A program made the position numbers and the translations under genes. A stretch of 64,000 nt of DNA from Chiloscyllium plagiosum. Its lineage: Eukaryota. Shown here in pieces: positions 1 through 14,948 of this stretch. Positions within the stretch are counted from its first letter, which is position 1. Every line of letters begins with the position of its first letter. Under the pieces are notes generated by a model. It was not told where the DNA came from, did not search any database, and saw only the letters and a program-made list of their open reading frames with translations. The stretch spans positions 82,152,458 through 82,216,457 of the forward strand of contig NC_057718.1 in assembly GCF_004010195.1 (NCBI RefSeq), read 5' to 3'.

Positions 1-607
1 GTTAGAGTATTGAGTACAGGAGTTGGGAGGTCATGTTGCGGCTGTACAGGACATTGGTTAGGCCACTGTTGGAATACTGCGTGCAATTCTGGTCTCCTTC
101 CTATTGGAAAGATGTTGTGAAACTTGAATGGGTTCAGAAAAGATTTACAAGGAAGATGCCAGTTGGAGGATTTGAGCAATAGGGAGAGGCTGAACAGGCT
201 GGGGCTGTTTTCCCTGGAGCATCGGCAGCTGAGGGGTCACCTTATATAGGGGTGACCTTTACAAAATTATGAGGGGCATGGATAGGGTAAATAGGCAAAG
301 TCTTTTCCCTGGGGTTGGGGAGTCCAGAACTAAAGGGCATAGGTTTAGGGTGAGAGGGGAAAAATTATAAAAGAGACCCAAGGGGCAACGTTTTTACATG
401 TATGGAATGAGCTGCCAGAGGAAGTAGTAGAGGCTGGTACAATTGCAACATTTAAGAGCCATTTGGATGGGTATATGAATAGGAAGGGTTTGGAGGGATA
501 TGGGCCGGGTGCTGGCAGGTGGGACTAGATTGGGTTGGGATAACTGGTTGGTATGGATGGGTTGGACCGAAGGGTCTGTTTCCATGCTGTACATCTCTAT
601 GACTCTA
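1..607 (+). mobile_element. CR1 LINE 3' end
   Basis: LYRTLVRPLLEYCVQFWSP-type ORF2 C-terminus and a 3' UTR ending CTCTATGACTCTAT. Confidence 0.9.
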
Positions 608-3440
608 TACTTCATATAATGCGGCGACCAGAACTGCATGCAATATGTTTTTGTACAGTTGCAACATGATCTCATTACTCCAAAACTCAATCCCTCTACC
701 AATAAAAGCTAACACACTGTACACCTTAACAATCCTATCAACCTGGGTGGCAACTTTCAGGGAGCTATGCACATGAACACAGAGATCTCTCTGCTCATCT
801 ATACTACCAAGGATCTTACCTTTAGCCCAATACTCTGTATTCCTGTTACTCCTTCCAAAGTGAATCACCTCACACTTTTCTGCATTAAACTCCAAGTACC
901 ACGTCTCAGCCCAGCTCTGCAGCTTACCTATGTCCCTCTGTAACCTGCAACATCCTTCTGCACTGTTCACAACTACACCAATCTTAGTGTCAAACACAAA
1001 TTTACTAACCCATCCTTCTACACCCTCATCCACGTCATTTATAAAAATGACAAGCAACAGTGGCCCCAAAACAGATCCTTGCAGTACACCACGAGTAACT
1101 GAACTCCAGGATGAACATTTCCCATCAACCACCACCCTCTGTCTTCTTTCAGCTAGCCAATTTCTGATCCAAACCGCTAAATCAGCCTCAATCCCAGGGC
1201 TTCGTATTTTCTGAAAAAGCTTACCGTGGGAAACCTTATCAAACATCTTACTAAAATCCATATACACCATACCAACTGCTTTACCCTCAGCCACCTGTTT
1301 GGTCACCTTCTCAAAGAACTCAATAAGGTTTGTGAGGCATGACCTATCCTTCACAAAATCATCTCTTATAATCCTTTCCAACACTTTACCCACAGCTGAA
1401 GTTAAGGGTCACTGGTCTATAATTACCAGGATTGTCTCTACTCCCCTTCTTGAACAAGGGGACAACATTTACTATCCTCCAGTCTTCTGCCACTATTCCT
1501 GTAGACAATGATGACATAAAGATCAAAGCCAAAGGCTCTGCAATCTCCTACCTAGTTTTCCAGAGAAGGTTAGGATAAATCGTAAATGGCCAAGAGGACT
1601 TATCTATTTTCACACTTTCCAGAATTGCTAACGCCTTCTCCTTATGAACCTCAATCCCATCTAGTCTAATAGCCTGTATTGCAGTATTCTCCTCGACAAC
1701 ACTGTCTTTTTCCTGTGTGAATACTGAGGAAAGATATTCATTTAACACCACTCTTACCTCTTCAGACTCTCTGCACAACTTTCCACTACTGTCCTCGACT
1801 GCCCCTAATCTTACTCTCGTCATTCTTTTACTCCTGACATAGTTATAGAAAGCTTTAGGGTTTTCCTTGATCCTACCTGCCAAAGACTTATGTCGCCTCC
1901 TGTGTCTTCTTATCTCTCTCCTCAGGTCTTTCCTGGCTTGGAACTCTCCAGTCCCCTAACTGAGCCTTCACATCCCATCTTTACATAAGCCTCTTCCTTC
2001 CTCTTGACAAGTGATTCAACTTTCGTCAACCACGGCTCCCTCACTCGACCACTTGCGCCCTGCCTGACAGGTACATACTTATTAAGGTCACGCAGTAGCT
2101 GTTCCTTGAACAGGCTCCACATTTCCATTGTGCCCATCCCCTGCAGTTTCCTTCCCCATCCTATGCATCCTAAATCTTGCCGAATAGCATCATTTATTGC
2201 CTTTCACCCAGCTATAATTCTTGCCCTGCGGTATATACCTATCCCTTTTCATCGCTAAAGTAAACTTAATCAAACTGTGCTCACTATCACCAAAGCGCTC
2301 ACCCAACTTCAAATCTAACACATGGCCAGGTTCATTACCCAGTACCAAATCCAATGTGGCCTTGCCTCTTGTGGGCCTATCTACAAACTGTGTCATGAAA
2401 CCCTCCTGCACACAATAGACAAAAATTGACCCATCTGAGGTATTCGAAATCTGGCATTTCCTGTCAATATTTGGAAAGTTAAAGACCCCCATAAAACTAC
2501 CCTATTACTCTCACTCTTATCAAGAATTATCTTTGCAATTCTTTCCTCCACATCTCTGGAATTATTCGGAGGCCTATAGAAAACTCCCAACAGGGTGACC
2601 TCTTCGTTCCTGTTTCTAACCTCAGCCCTTACTACCTCAGTAGGCAAGTCCTCATCAAACTTCCTTTCTGCCACCATAATGCTGTCCTAGACTAACAATG
2701 CCACATCTCCTCCTCTTTTACCACCTTCTCTAAACTGCGGAACCTGTAACAACCAGTCCTGTCCCTGCCCTATCTGTGTCTCCGAAATGGCCACAACATT
2801 GACGTTCCAGGTACCAAGCCATGCTGCAAGTTCACCCACCTTATTCCGAATGCTGCTGGTGTCGAAGTAGACATACTTCAAACACCTTCCTATCTGCCGG
2901 TACACTCCTGCGACCTTGAAATCTTATTCAAGAGTTCACTACTCTCAATCTCCTGTAGTGGAGCTAAAATTCAGGTTCCCATCCTCCTGCTGAATTAGTT
3001 TAAATCCTCCCGAAGAGCATTAGCAATACATCCCCCCACCCTCCCCCAAAAGAAATTGGAACTCCTCTGGTTTAGGTGTAGACCGTCCTGTTTGTAGAGG
3101 TCCCACCTACCCCAGAATGAGCCCCAATTATCCAGGTATCTGAAGCCCTCCCTCCTGCACTATCCCTGTAGCCACGTGTTCAATTGCTCTCCCTCCCTCT
3201 ATTCCTCACCTCACTAGCACATGATATGGGTAACAAACCAGAGATAACAACTTTGTTTGTTTGAGCTCTAAGCTTCTACCCTAGCTCCTTGACTCACAAC
3301 CCATTTTCCTACCTATGTCATTGGTACTTATATGGACTATGACTTGGGGCTGCTCCCTCTCCCCTTTAAGGATCCTGAAAACACGATCAGAGACATCACA
3401 GGAGGCAACACACCAACCACGAGTCTCTCTCATTCTCACA
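608..3440 (-). mobile_element. CR1 LINE (APE endonuclease + RT, decayed)
   Basis: GVFYRPPN, FNFPNID, YMDFSKxFDKV, GVLQGSVLGPLL and FxxDTKIG motifs in broken ORFs. Confidence 0.9.
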
Positions 3441-3540
3441 GAAACGCCTTCCAAATCATCCTGACTCTTAAACAGATTACCATTCCTTCAGTCATTAGGT
3501 CAAGATCTTGAAGACCCCTCCCTAACAGCATTTTAGGTGT

Positions 3541-4039
3541 TGGATGGAGGCTTGCTCGCTGAGCTGAAAGGTTCATTTTCAGACTTTGCGTTACCTTACT
3601 AGGTAACATCTTCAGTGGACCTCGCACGAAGCAATGCTGAAAACTCCTGCTTTCTATTTATATGTTTGGATTTCTTTGGGTTGGAGATGTCATGTCCTGT
3701 GGTGATGTCACTTCCGGTTCCTTTTCTCATGGGTCTAACTCCTATGTGTTTGTTGATAAATCTGTCAACAAACTCAAGTTAGACCCCATCTTCCACCCCC
3801 TGAGAAAAGAGGAAGTGACTTCATCACAGGAAATGACATCACCACGGGAAATGACATCACCAACCCAAAGAGACCCAAAAATATAAATAGAAAGCAGGAA
3901 TTTTCAGCATTGCTTCGCATGAGGTCCACTGAAGATGTTACCTAGTAAGGTAACAAAACGTCAGGAAATGAACCTTTCAGCTCAGCAAGCAAATCTACAT
4001 CCAAAACCACAACCTGAGCTACAAATCTTCTCAAAACTC
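3541..4039. mobile_element. Penelope-like element remnant with inverted pseudo-LTRs
   Basis: Inverted arms of about 200 bp, each with a hammerhead-like motif. Internal remnant SVNKLKLDPIFHPLRK. TSD GCATTTTAGGTGT at 3528-3540 and 4040-4052. Confidence 0.8.
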
Positions 4040-4629
4040 GCATTTTAGGTGTACCTATACATGGACTACAGCAGTTCAAGACTTCTCACCAGCATCATCT
4101 CAAGAGCAATTAGAGCTGGGCAAATAAGTGTTTACCATGCTAGTGCACCAACACCCATGAATAAATATTTAAAGACTATATTTACAACCAATGAAATACT
4201 TTTCAAAAGTGTTTTAAAACATCCTGAAGGGATGAAATACACTAAATAATTTTCAAGTTCTTTCATCTTGTAAATTCTCCAATCTCAAACTTTAAAATCT
4301 CAGTGTTTACCAGACTTTTCTTTGTATTTTCACAACAACTTCTGTTTAAAGCCAAAAGAGCAATTTAATGACAGCTGCCTTTATTCACCTCACTCTATAT
4401 TTACTAAGTAAAGTTTATTATGATATACAATCTATTAAGAGGAATCTGAAAAGTCTTACAGTCCTGTCTTACTGTACAAGAGGAGATTGCAGTAATAAGT
4501 AATTTTACTTTCCATTTTAAAGGAGAAGCCAAAAATGCAGTTGCGATATCCCAGAAAATACAACTTCAAGAAATTTTATTATTTGCTTATCTGAAACTCT
4601 TTTTTGTTCAAATTAAAAACAGGCTAATA

Positions 4630-7420
4630 GACATTCACAGCACAGAGGATGCCTTCCAATTGCAAGTCAGCAAAGATCTGACTACACTACTCCCATTTTT
4701 CAGCTCTTGGCCCACAGTTCTGCGGACTATGGCGATGCAAATGAATATCTAAAGACTGCCTATGTGTTGGGAGAGTTTCTAAATCAATCTTTCTTTCAGG
4801 CAGTGAATTCCAAACTCCTGCTACCTTCTGGGTGATAAAGTTTCTCAACTTTGGTCTTACCCTTTTGCCTCTTTCTTTTAAAACTATACCATATTGTTAC
4901 TGACCCTTTCACAGTGGAAAAAGTGCCTTCCTATCCACCCTATCTATGCCACTCAGTCTTCTAGAACTTTATGAGATTCACCCTCAACCTTCCCTTGTCT
5001 AAGGAAAGCATAACATATCCAATCTTTTGTCACAGCTCAGACCGACCAGCCCAAAAAGCATTCTGGCAAATCTCCTCTGCACCCCCTTTTATGCAATCAC
5101 TTTCCTTCATATAATGCGGTGACCAGAACTGTACACAGTACTCCAGCTGTGGCCTAATTAACATTTTACTGCATTATCTTCCAACTCCTGTATTCTATAT
5201 CCCTCAACTAATAAAGACAAGTATTCAATATGCCTTCTTAACTACCTACTTGTTCTGCTACCTACGCAGATCTGTGCATATATACACCAAGGACCCTTTG
5301 ATCTTCAGTACTTTTCAGGGTCTTACCATTCATAGTATATGCCTTGCTCTTCCTAAATCTGCCAAGAAAACAAGGTTAAATTCCATTTGCCACTGCTCTG
5401 TCCACCTGATGAGTCCATTGGTATCTCAATGCAGTTTATACTTTTCCATCTAACTATATACCAGTCTACTAAATTTCATGACATCCACGAACTTTTCAAT
5501 CATACCCTCTACATTTATGTCCAAATCACTCATATGAACCACAAATAGCAAGGACATCAGCATAGTGTCTGCAAAACCCCACTGGAAACAGACTTCCATT
5601 CACAAAAGCATCTCTCCACCATTACCCTTTGCTTTATGCATCTCAGCCAATTTTGGATCCAAAGCACCACTTTGCCTTGGATCCCATGTCCTTAACTTTC
5701 TCGACCGGTCTGTCATGACAGTCCTTATTAAAAGTCTGGCTATGGTCCACGTAGACCACAACCTCAACACTTGTCTCCTCAAAACATTCAATCAGTTTTG
5801 TCAAACATGACATTCCCTTAACAAATCCAAGCGAACTATCCCCAACTCTTACATGTCTCTCTACGTGCAGATATACTCTATCCCCCAGAATTCTTTCTAA
5901 TAACTCCCCATCACTAAGGTTAAGTTGACTAACCTGCAATTTCCTCCCTTTTGTAATAATGGGACTTTAGCAGTCCTCCAGTACCTCATCTATGGCAACA
6001 GAATATTTGAAAGTTACTGCCAGGGCCCCAAATATATCCTTTCTTGCATCAACGAGGCCTGGGGATTTCTCCGCTTTTAAGATGCTAAACCCTTTAGCAC
6101 CTCCTCTCTGTCTCCATTAACTTATTCTAAAATATTTTTACAATTCCTCACTCTGATATCTATACATGGGTCATCCTTTTCGACAGTGAAGACTGACACA
6201 AATTATTCACTGAGGACTGTCCCCATGTCTTCCAAATCAACACACAATTTACCTCTGTGGTCTCGAATGGACCATACTCCTTCCCTAATTACGCTCAATT
6301 TTTATGTAATTTTTAAAAATCTTCTGTGTTTTCTTTTATTCTGCCCACTAAAGCTTTCTTATGCACTCTCCTAGCTTTCCTAATTTCCTATTTAAGTTAT
6401 ATTTTTCACTTTTTATACACCCCTAGGGATTTTGCCATATTGAGCACTTGGTATCTGCACAAGCTTCTCTTTTCCTGAATCCTAGCTGATATCTCTGGAC
6501 AGCTAGGGTTCTTCGATTTTGGTCATTTGCCCTATACTCGTGCTATTTCCTTGAATGTCTCTTGCTACTCTGACACAGGTTTATCTGCAAGTAACGGCTC
6601 CTTGTTCACTTGGGCCAAATTGCATCTTATCTTTGTAAAATTAGAAATATTATTCCCAGCTCATCCTTTCTTTTTCCATAACTATCCTAAATCTAACTAC
6701 CCACTATCACCAAAATACCTCCCTATAAACATACATTCCACTTGTCAGGCCACTTTTCCCAATATTACCTTTGTTGAACTTTCTATTAAGAGTTCTCCGA
6801 GACACAGTTTAAGAATTTTGCTCCCTCTTTACCTCACAAACTAAAACCATCCCAGTTAATGTCTGGATGTTAAAATCCCCAACTATTATTCTTACATTTC
6901 TCCAAAATTTGATTACACATTTGATCCTCTATGTATCCCATATTGTTGGGGGCCTATAATATATCCCAACAAGAGTCTACTTTTATGTTTTTACTTCATG
7001 TACATGGCCTCATTTGATGATCCTTCCAAAATATCATCCCTCCTCACTGCCATAATCGAGTCCTTGATCAACTTTATGACCCCCTAATATTCTAGTATCC
7101 TCCAATCTTGTCTGAATATCATATAAACCAAGAATATTGAGCTACCAATCCTCTCCATCTTCAGGCAAGCCTCTATCAAGCCTACAACATTATACTCTAT
7201 GCGTCCTCTTTGTATCCACAGCTGATATATATCATTCCTCAGGCTCCTTGTATTCAAATATATTCCATTCAGTCTTGTTAAACTCACTTCTTTTTAATCT
7301 AGCCTTTGTTTCCTCTGACTTTCAGATTCACCCATCTCAGCTTCACTCCCCTCTGAAATACTTGACAGGATCTCAATCCCCTGCTAATCTCGTTTCAATC
7401 CACCCCAAGAAAGTTTTCTT
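4630..7420 (-). mobile_element. Older CR1 LINE
   Basis: YLNTRSLRN and GFVKGMSCLTKLIECFEE remnants through to the 3' UTR. Confidence 0.8.
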
Positions 7421-7797
7421 ACATTAAACATTGTATCTAAAATATGCACACTTAGATAGCATCATTCACAACTTCAGGACAATCCAAAGAACTTTATAGC
7501 CATCAAAATACTTATTGAAGTATGAACACTGTTGAAATGTAGGGAGAATGCAATAGTAAATTGCCAATATAGCAAGGTCCTATTAACAGCAAGAAGATTG
7601 TGAACAGATCATTTGTTTAAGTGATTATAGTTACAGGATGGAGAAGAAGTCGCACACCTAAGCCCTCTGCTGTTCTGAAACCTTTCAACATGACCTCCAA
7701 GGGAAGATGGGCCTTAGAGATCTATCTGGAAGACACATCCAATCACCTTCTAGTATAAGAAGCAATCATAATCCACCACTACCAAATGAGTTCTTAC

Positions 7798-8214
7798 CAT
7801 GAAACAGTGCTTGGGGAGGCATGACATCAGGAATGAGGTCTGCCTCAGACAAGAGACTAGGAGTAGCTGAATGAGATAGTGGGGTACCAGGAGCTGAAAA
7901 ATCCAGTGAGGGGGATGGAGAGGGGCTAGTAAGTGGAGTCCGATCTGAAGAGCTCAGGGAGGAAAAGTCGATTACTTCTCCTTTTTCCAGGATCAGTTCT
8001 GACCTACGAGTTCGGCTGCAGAACTTTACTGGGGTTGATGACGTGCTCCTGTCAATGAATGTAGCAGCTTCCTTTTGAGCACGCCGAATGTCCTTAGCTT
8101 CCTGAGTCCGGGATCGTTTCTCTTTTAATTCCATAGCTGTTTCTACAGGGTTCCGACTCACTCGTTTTCGAAGTCCTTCCACTGTAATAATTGGATCCAA
8201 AGGAGGCTTGACAG
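7798..8214 (-). CDS. KAT14: KAT14 coding exon 5 (417 nt); the gene continues beyond the left edge and the GNAT domain is not in the window
   Basis: Acceptor CTTTTCAG|, encodes (A)VKPPLDPIITVEGLRKR...SPSPSPSLDFSAPGTP...DVMPPQALFH, donor G|GTAAGA. Phase 1 to 1. Confidence 0.95.
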
Positions 8215-11200
8215 CTGAAAAGTGAAGAAAATCAACACACTTGATAAAATATTTTATTTAGTTAATGGTGGCAACTCGTCTCCTCTGCCATTGAAATGAA
8301 TAAAAAGTGTAATTGACGAATCTCGGTGCATTGCAGGATTGCACAAATAGTAACATAGACTTAAATACAACACACAAGTAGTATCAAAAGGGTACAAGTA
8401 GTAAAACAGCACTCAATTTGAAATTGCTAAATTGCTAATTCTGCTGGATGGAATCTGATGCTTTTAAAACCAAGCTCATAAATGTGTAAGTCAAATTAAG
8501 TACACAAAAAAGGAGCATGGTATGGAAAAGCACTAGGTACACTAAGGAAAATAAAAGCTGCTGTCAATCAGCTCTCAGGAGAATGGAAAAGAAGACTGTC
8601 AACAATTCTGGAAATAATAGAACTTTTTAAAATTAGTTTTGTGAAGTGAACTATCAAAGTCTATATTTGCTCACTGGGACAGGTAAAAGCTTATTAGATA
8701 TGATAGAAATATTAAATAAGCACTTTGTATTGATTTTCACACAAAGGTCATGCTTGAATGTTAGAATTTAAAGATTATCTTAACAAAACAAGAAATATTA
8801 ATGCGTTAGATCGAACGATGTGCCTGAAAACAAACAAAGCAGCCAGAATTATTGCATTGCAGGATAACAGGTATTATGAAGCAATGCAAAGTTGCCTTAA
8901 AATATATTCAATTACTGCACTGAACACTGTATTGATTTAAAAGAATTATTAGTATATAATCCCAGAACAGCCTACCCTTTGCTTAAAACATTTCCTTGAG
9001 GTATTTAATTGCGTTAGTGATCACAAACTGCTACACAGCCAAAACTCTTCCTGTTGAGTCAGGATTGATCTGCTGAATCAAGAGAAAGTGAAACATAACA
9101 GCTGAGTATCCAGTTTCAGCTACAAGCAACTGTCTTCTGCTGGGAAAAAAAGACTGTGCATAATGACTTTGAGTAGCTACCTAATCCACCTGCAAGCTTG
9201 GTTTTTGGTCAAAGTTTTGCTGTAACTTCAATTACACACAATTTCCATTTATGTTTTCAATCACATGAACAGAACATTCACTGAAGTGCTGGTGGGAGGG
9301 CCTGGGGTCACAGAGACATCTTGCACAAAACAACAAAAAGGAGCTGAGTTCAGTGAAACTACCAAAGGCAAAAGATTATAAAGTGGAATGACTATTAGAG
9401 GCAAAAAAAGATTGTAAAAGATTGCTGTGACAACAAGGGAAGTAGAATTCACGGTCTAACACAAGCATGGATGACAAAGGAAAACACACTAACCAAGAAT
9501 AAGATTTGGAAAGGTACAAGAGTGACTAATGGGAGTAAAAAATATTTTGCACAAGAGTAACAATTAAAATCAGAAAGTGAAAGTAGACAGAAAATCATAA
9601 AAGGGAGAACAACAGAAGTATAGTTGAACAGCACAGAATGTTGGAAGGTAATAAGTTACAACAAAAGAATAGAAGAGAGAAAAGGGACAAATGAGCTGGC
9701 AAATAATAGAAGAGGCAAAATCAAACAGAAAGCATGACAGTGAAATAAATGGGAAGTAACACAAAAATGGGGGTAATAACAAAAATAGAGTAAGAAAGAA
9801 AGATTATTAGCAAAAGAGGTAGAAACACAAAGAGAAGGAAATATAACAACCCCCAAAGAAAATGAAAATGAGAGAGTCAGACATTTTTATCAACACCATA
9901 ACCACCAGAATTGAGCAAGCTTCCCATCTAGATCTCAGAAAATGATAAATGCAACGAATGTGTCTGGTCTGAATAGAATGCAAAATTCCAATCCAATTCT
10001 ATCCCAAAAAGCAAGTGAATCGCTAAACAGAATTAGGAAAAGGACCCAAACATACCACATATGAGTACAAAAATAAAATCAGAACTTTAAACATGGATTC
10101 GTGCACAGCATTTGCCTACAATAAAAATTTGACAAACAATAATGTATTAAGGCAGGGAGAAAAATCCACTCAGCTCCCCAGACTTCCTTAAGCCAGCTTC
10201 GAGGCAAGAGCTTACAGTCTGTCCTACAACTTAAGCCACACGGATGATGGCAGCTCCTACTTGATTTGTCATTACCAGGTAAATCACATTGAAAATTATA
10301 AATAATTAGAAAGTTTGAAAATAACACTTTGGGAAAGATCCCAAGAAAACTAAAACCAAACTTGCTAATATATGACAAAGTTCAACGTTATGGACAGATC
10401 TGTTATGAGGAATGCAGAGTAAATGAATGTACCTTTGTTGTTTTACAAATGAACACAACCAAAAGAAGCCATTTAGATGAAGAATTATTGCACAAAGTCC
10501 TCCCTTGGCAACTGGGCAAAAGTAGTTTTGCCAGATAGTCACAAAGCAGTCACAAAGCAATCCCAAAACAACATCAAATGACATACAAATGGCTAACTGA
10601 TTACATGAAGTGCCCAAACATGAAGTTTGTTTATTAAAAAAAACACATTGTGCCCCACATCAAGAGTTTTACTGATTAGAGAAAACACCCAAGAGTTTAA
10701 AATAGACAAGTAAAATAGGGACCTTTCTGTCCCGTTTGAACCAATTTTGCTACAGTCATCCAGAAATAAATAGGGCAAAGAAAGTTACCCCAATTTCAAA
10801 CATGTCAAACAGGTTGCTGAGCTCTAGATTACAATTCAAATATTCTCAGAACATACTTTTGGTTGGCTCCCAAACAGATGTCTAAGGGCTGATAATTTTC
10901 AATGATTTTTTATTCTTTGTTTTGGTGCTAAAATATAATTTCAAAAAAAAAGAGATGAGACCTTATCAGAACTAAGCCCACGTTTAATTCACCAAGTCCT
11001 GAAGCTTAACAATCAGAACACAAGACCCCTAGTTCAACACTAGCTGCTTTATAAAGAACTATATGCAAGTTCATCAGGTTATTATTCACTTTATTGTCTA
11101 CAATGTGGCTGGCAAATATTTCCATACATCTGATGTGTCTATCAACCAGTTATCAAAATATCAGAGATACATCGTGATTCCCCCTCCGTTCAAAGTTCTG

Positions 11201-11238
11201 CCATTACAAACATCTTGCATCTAATCATACCAGCTCAC

Positions 11239-11420
11239 CTCTTGCCTTCAGTGTTGTGCTCGATGGCCTCTCTCCTTCTGGCCTCATGACAGGAGGCTTG
11301 TTATGGACCAGTTTCCACCAGCCTGGTTCACCAAACTGCTGAGCACCCGATCGGAAATACATGGGGCTTCCCACAGAGAGGCAGCCTGCCACAGTGCTCC
11401 ACCAGGTTGAAGTCTTTTTC
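11239..11420 (-). CDS. KAT14: KAT14 coding exon 4 (182 nt)
   Basis: Acceptor GTTTTAG|, encodes KKTSTWWSTVAGCLSVGSPMYFRSGAQQFGEPGWWKLVHNKPP...LKAR, donor G|GTGAGC. Phase 2 to 1. Confidence 0.95.
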
Positions 11421-11454
11421 CTAAAACACGATGAGTACAAATATGACTAAAGTG

Positions 11455-11890
11455 AAAGAGAGAAAGAGTTGCATTTATATTGCCCCTTTCATAATTGCAG
11501 GATATTCCAAATCTCTTTACAATCAATTAAACACTTTCTTGAAGCATAGGCAGTATCCTAATGTAAGAAATACAAGAGTCAATTTGTATACAGCAAGTTC
11601 CCAATAACAGCAGTATGATAATGTTCAGGTCATCTGTTGTAATGACAGGAGTTACGAATATTGGCCAAAACATTTGGTAAGAAATAGTCTGGTCCTTTAA
11701 AATAGTGCCACATGATTTTCAGCACTTACCTGAGAAGGCAGACATGCCTTTAATGTCTCACCAGAAAGATGGCAATGCCCAAAATAATGCACTAAAAGTC
11801 TCAACATAAATGATGTGCTTTGGATTAGGGTTTCAAACTAAAATCTTCTGACTCAGTCAAGAATGCTACCGCTCAGCCCAGGGCTGACAC
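11455..11890 (-). mobile_element. Old DeuSINE-like (SacSINE1/AmnSINE-type) element; relatives at about 7430-7750, 21290-21540 and 23000-23230
   Basis: tRNA-like head (GGCTGAGCGGTAGCA..GAGTCAGAAG) and tail ..TGAAAGGGGCAATATAAATGCAACTCTTTC. Family name is from recalled consensus. Confidence 0.55.
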
Positions 11891-14563
11891 TGTGACTTGT
11901 AGTTAATGTTACTACCCAAAGATATTTTGGCATGCTGGAATTATTACTATATCTTTATATTCTTCAATTACTATGCACATACACTCTACTAAAATGTTAT
12001 GACCATATAATACTGACTTCTCTTTTTAAACACCCAAATTTTACCTATTTTCTAAAGTTTGTGCTGTTTTCTGCAATCTTTTTTCAACTAGAAAGCCATA
12101 GCCATCCAGGTAGTGAATGTTACAAAGACAGCCACCATTCTATAACTGTGAAATGGGAGGATATGTACATTCAGAGATTTTCTTTGTCAAAATTGGACGA
12201 ATCATTGTACGTGCCAACAATAATTAAATAAATAAATAAATATCTGGTCCCTAAACATAGGAAAGTTTCACCAGCACAATCTTGATCATCTCAAAAAACC
12301 AAATCACATTCAGGTATATGCATCTAGGTATGATAGAAAGGTGAAGCGATTCCCAAATACAAATGTGGTCTCCTCTAAATTGGACAGATGAAACACAGAC
12401 GAGGTGACCGATTTGCGAAACACCTACAAGTCCATAAAAAATGACCCCGACCTGCTACTCTCAGGCCTGCAGCAGTGCTCCACTGAAGCTCAACAGAAGC
12501 TGGAGCAACAATACATCATGTTCACCTAGATAATTTACAGCCTTCATGGACTCAACATGGAGTTTAACAATTTCAGAATAAGAAAACTCCTCAAAAGGTA
12601 ACCTTTGTTACCTACTCCCACACCCAGGTCCTGTTTTGTACAGGTTGCTCCCAGCCCAGTCAACCCATTTTCAACTATTCACGCTTCTTGTTAGCACCAT
12701 ACTCACCATTATCTCCCTCTTGGCTTATCATCAGCAATCCCCTTTGTTTGCCTCTCCTTTCTGCTCTCTTGGCACTGTCTCTGTGCCAACCCTTCAAGAA
12801 ATATAACCCTTTTCCAGCTGCCTTCAGTTCTGACATAAGCCTGTTTTTCAGTCTACAGATGCTGTCAGACCTGCTGAGTTTCTTACACTTTCTGTTTTAA
12901 CTTCAGAGTTTCAGCAATTGCAGTTCTTTGTTTTATATTAAAGAAATTAATTTCCTTATAACAATACAGGAGACTGCACTTTGAATAGGAATTCATACAG
13001 TCATCAGCCTTGGTCAATTCTCTACATTTCCAAACATCTTATGAATCAGTTTTCATTTACATCCTTTGGTTTCTTCCTTCCAAATGAAACATAGTACATT
13101 TATCTATAAAAAAAATTCAGCTGCTATTGGATGAATGTTAATGAATGTGATGAATTTCAATTATACTATCAGGGCACTAACTGAAAATATATCTGCCTCA
13201 ATGTCTAATTTATTTCCTGGATCTCAATTCCATTTTGTCTAAGCTTGTCTATTTTCTCATCCCTATCTGCTTTCACTGACTCTGATTGGAGTGCCTTCAA
13301 GAGGCTCCTATTCCACCGCTTCCCCTTTGCATGACTAAGAGTCTCCAATTCCCATACTTCCTCTCTATGGCTTTCATCTATTTACAATTTGCAAAAAAAA
13401 CCTCGTCTAATCACCATTTAGGTTTAGAGGTAAGTTCGTTGTTTTTTAATCCTCTGTGTTTCACCTGGTGGGGAGAGATAGACATAACAGGATAGGTGAA
13501 TGAAGACAGGGGAAGGAGGAAGGCTCAGGAATAGAGCAGGGGTGCAGAAATACATCAGGGATCAGGCAATGAGCAGGAGGATTGTGAAATGAATGAGAAG
13601 TAAAAGAGGATACAAAAGGGCAAGACAGCGATTTCAAAACAATAATAATAACTGAAAGGTGGTGCTGGGTGGGCAAAGAAATAGGGGGAAAGAAAAGAGT
13701 TAGGGAGGCAAAGCCCATATGCTCCAAATTTCCACAGTCAGATAGTGAAGGAGGTGGCACAAAACATGAGTGAGTATGGATGGAGGAAGGTAACAGTAGG
13801 TTGGACACCATAGGAAAAAAAATGCATTATAGTATGATGTGTAACAGTAGAGCAAGAGGCTGACTAGCGTACAAGGCAGACATACAGATGGAAAGGGCTA
13901 GATGCAACATCAGAGATTATGAGTCAAAGGAGTAAGGTACGAAATATTTCACACACTGGCCATTGCTCCTTCAATCCAAAACACAAACAGAATTAAGAGT
14001 TCAAACCTATAGGGAAGTAACTGATGCTGTGCTTAGACATTCATGGGAGATTTAGAAAAAAAATCACAAGATTTTCTAACAATTAACAAGATTATTATGG
14101 TTCCTGAAGGGAAATGCATTACCTTTCTTCCTGACGTTGAACAGAACATGCTTACAAACATAACTTTTACTGTAATTTGCAATAATCATTTCTAACAACA
14201 TCTACGACATCATCCTCTCTTTTAAACATTTAATTCTCAGTCATGCCGAGCTGAAAAGTATGGTACAAAACTTATATAAATGCCAAAATAACCTGTTTGA
14301 CGAGCAGCCGATAACACGGCAAAAATTAACATTTTACTAGTGCGTCAAAGGGAAATTAAAGCAGTACAAGTCACAGTTTATAGATTTGTCCCATCTCACC
14401 ACTATTCTCTAGTTGGTGAGCACAGCTATTAAAAACTGCTTCATAAAACAATAAGTAAGGATAGCACAGGCCAACACTGTGATAAACTCAACTGTCACAA
14501 CACTGCATGAGAATTACAATTTTTTTTGGTTGAATCCATGCCTATGTGGTGCACCTATTTTAC

Positions 14564-14685
14564 CTGCTTCCCAATAAGAAAGCCCAGTGTTTGTCAATAA
14601 AAGCACAAATATCTTCCTTCCAGCGAAAGTAACCTTGGCGACCAGTTCCTTCCAATGATAGATTGTACATGGCCAACATCACAAC
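14564..14685 (-). CDS. KAT14: KAT14 coding exon 3 (122 nt)
   Basis: Acceptor TTTTTCAG|, encodes VVMLAMYNLSLEGTGRQGYFRWKEDICAFIDKHWAFLLGS(R), donor AG|GTAAAA. Phase 0 to 2. Confidence 0.95.
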
Positions 14686-14948
14686 CTGAAAAATCCAGAG
14701 GAACAAGCTTAATTCAAATTTTATTTCACTTAGCAGCCCTTGAGAAAAAGAAAGACTCACATTTATATAATTTTCACAACCTTGGGATCTTGTCTTGCAG
14801 AGCATTGTTATTGTCTGGCAGTTGTCTGGTTTGAATGTGACTTGTCACTTATCAGCCCAAGCCTGAATATTGCCAATTGCATATCGGTGCAGGTTGCTAC
14901 TGTGCCTGAGGTATAAGAATGCTAAGATGAATGGCCTCCAACAACTAT

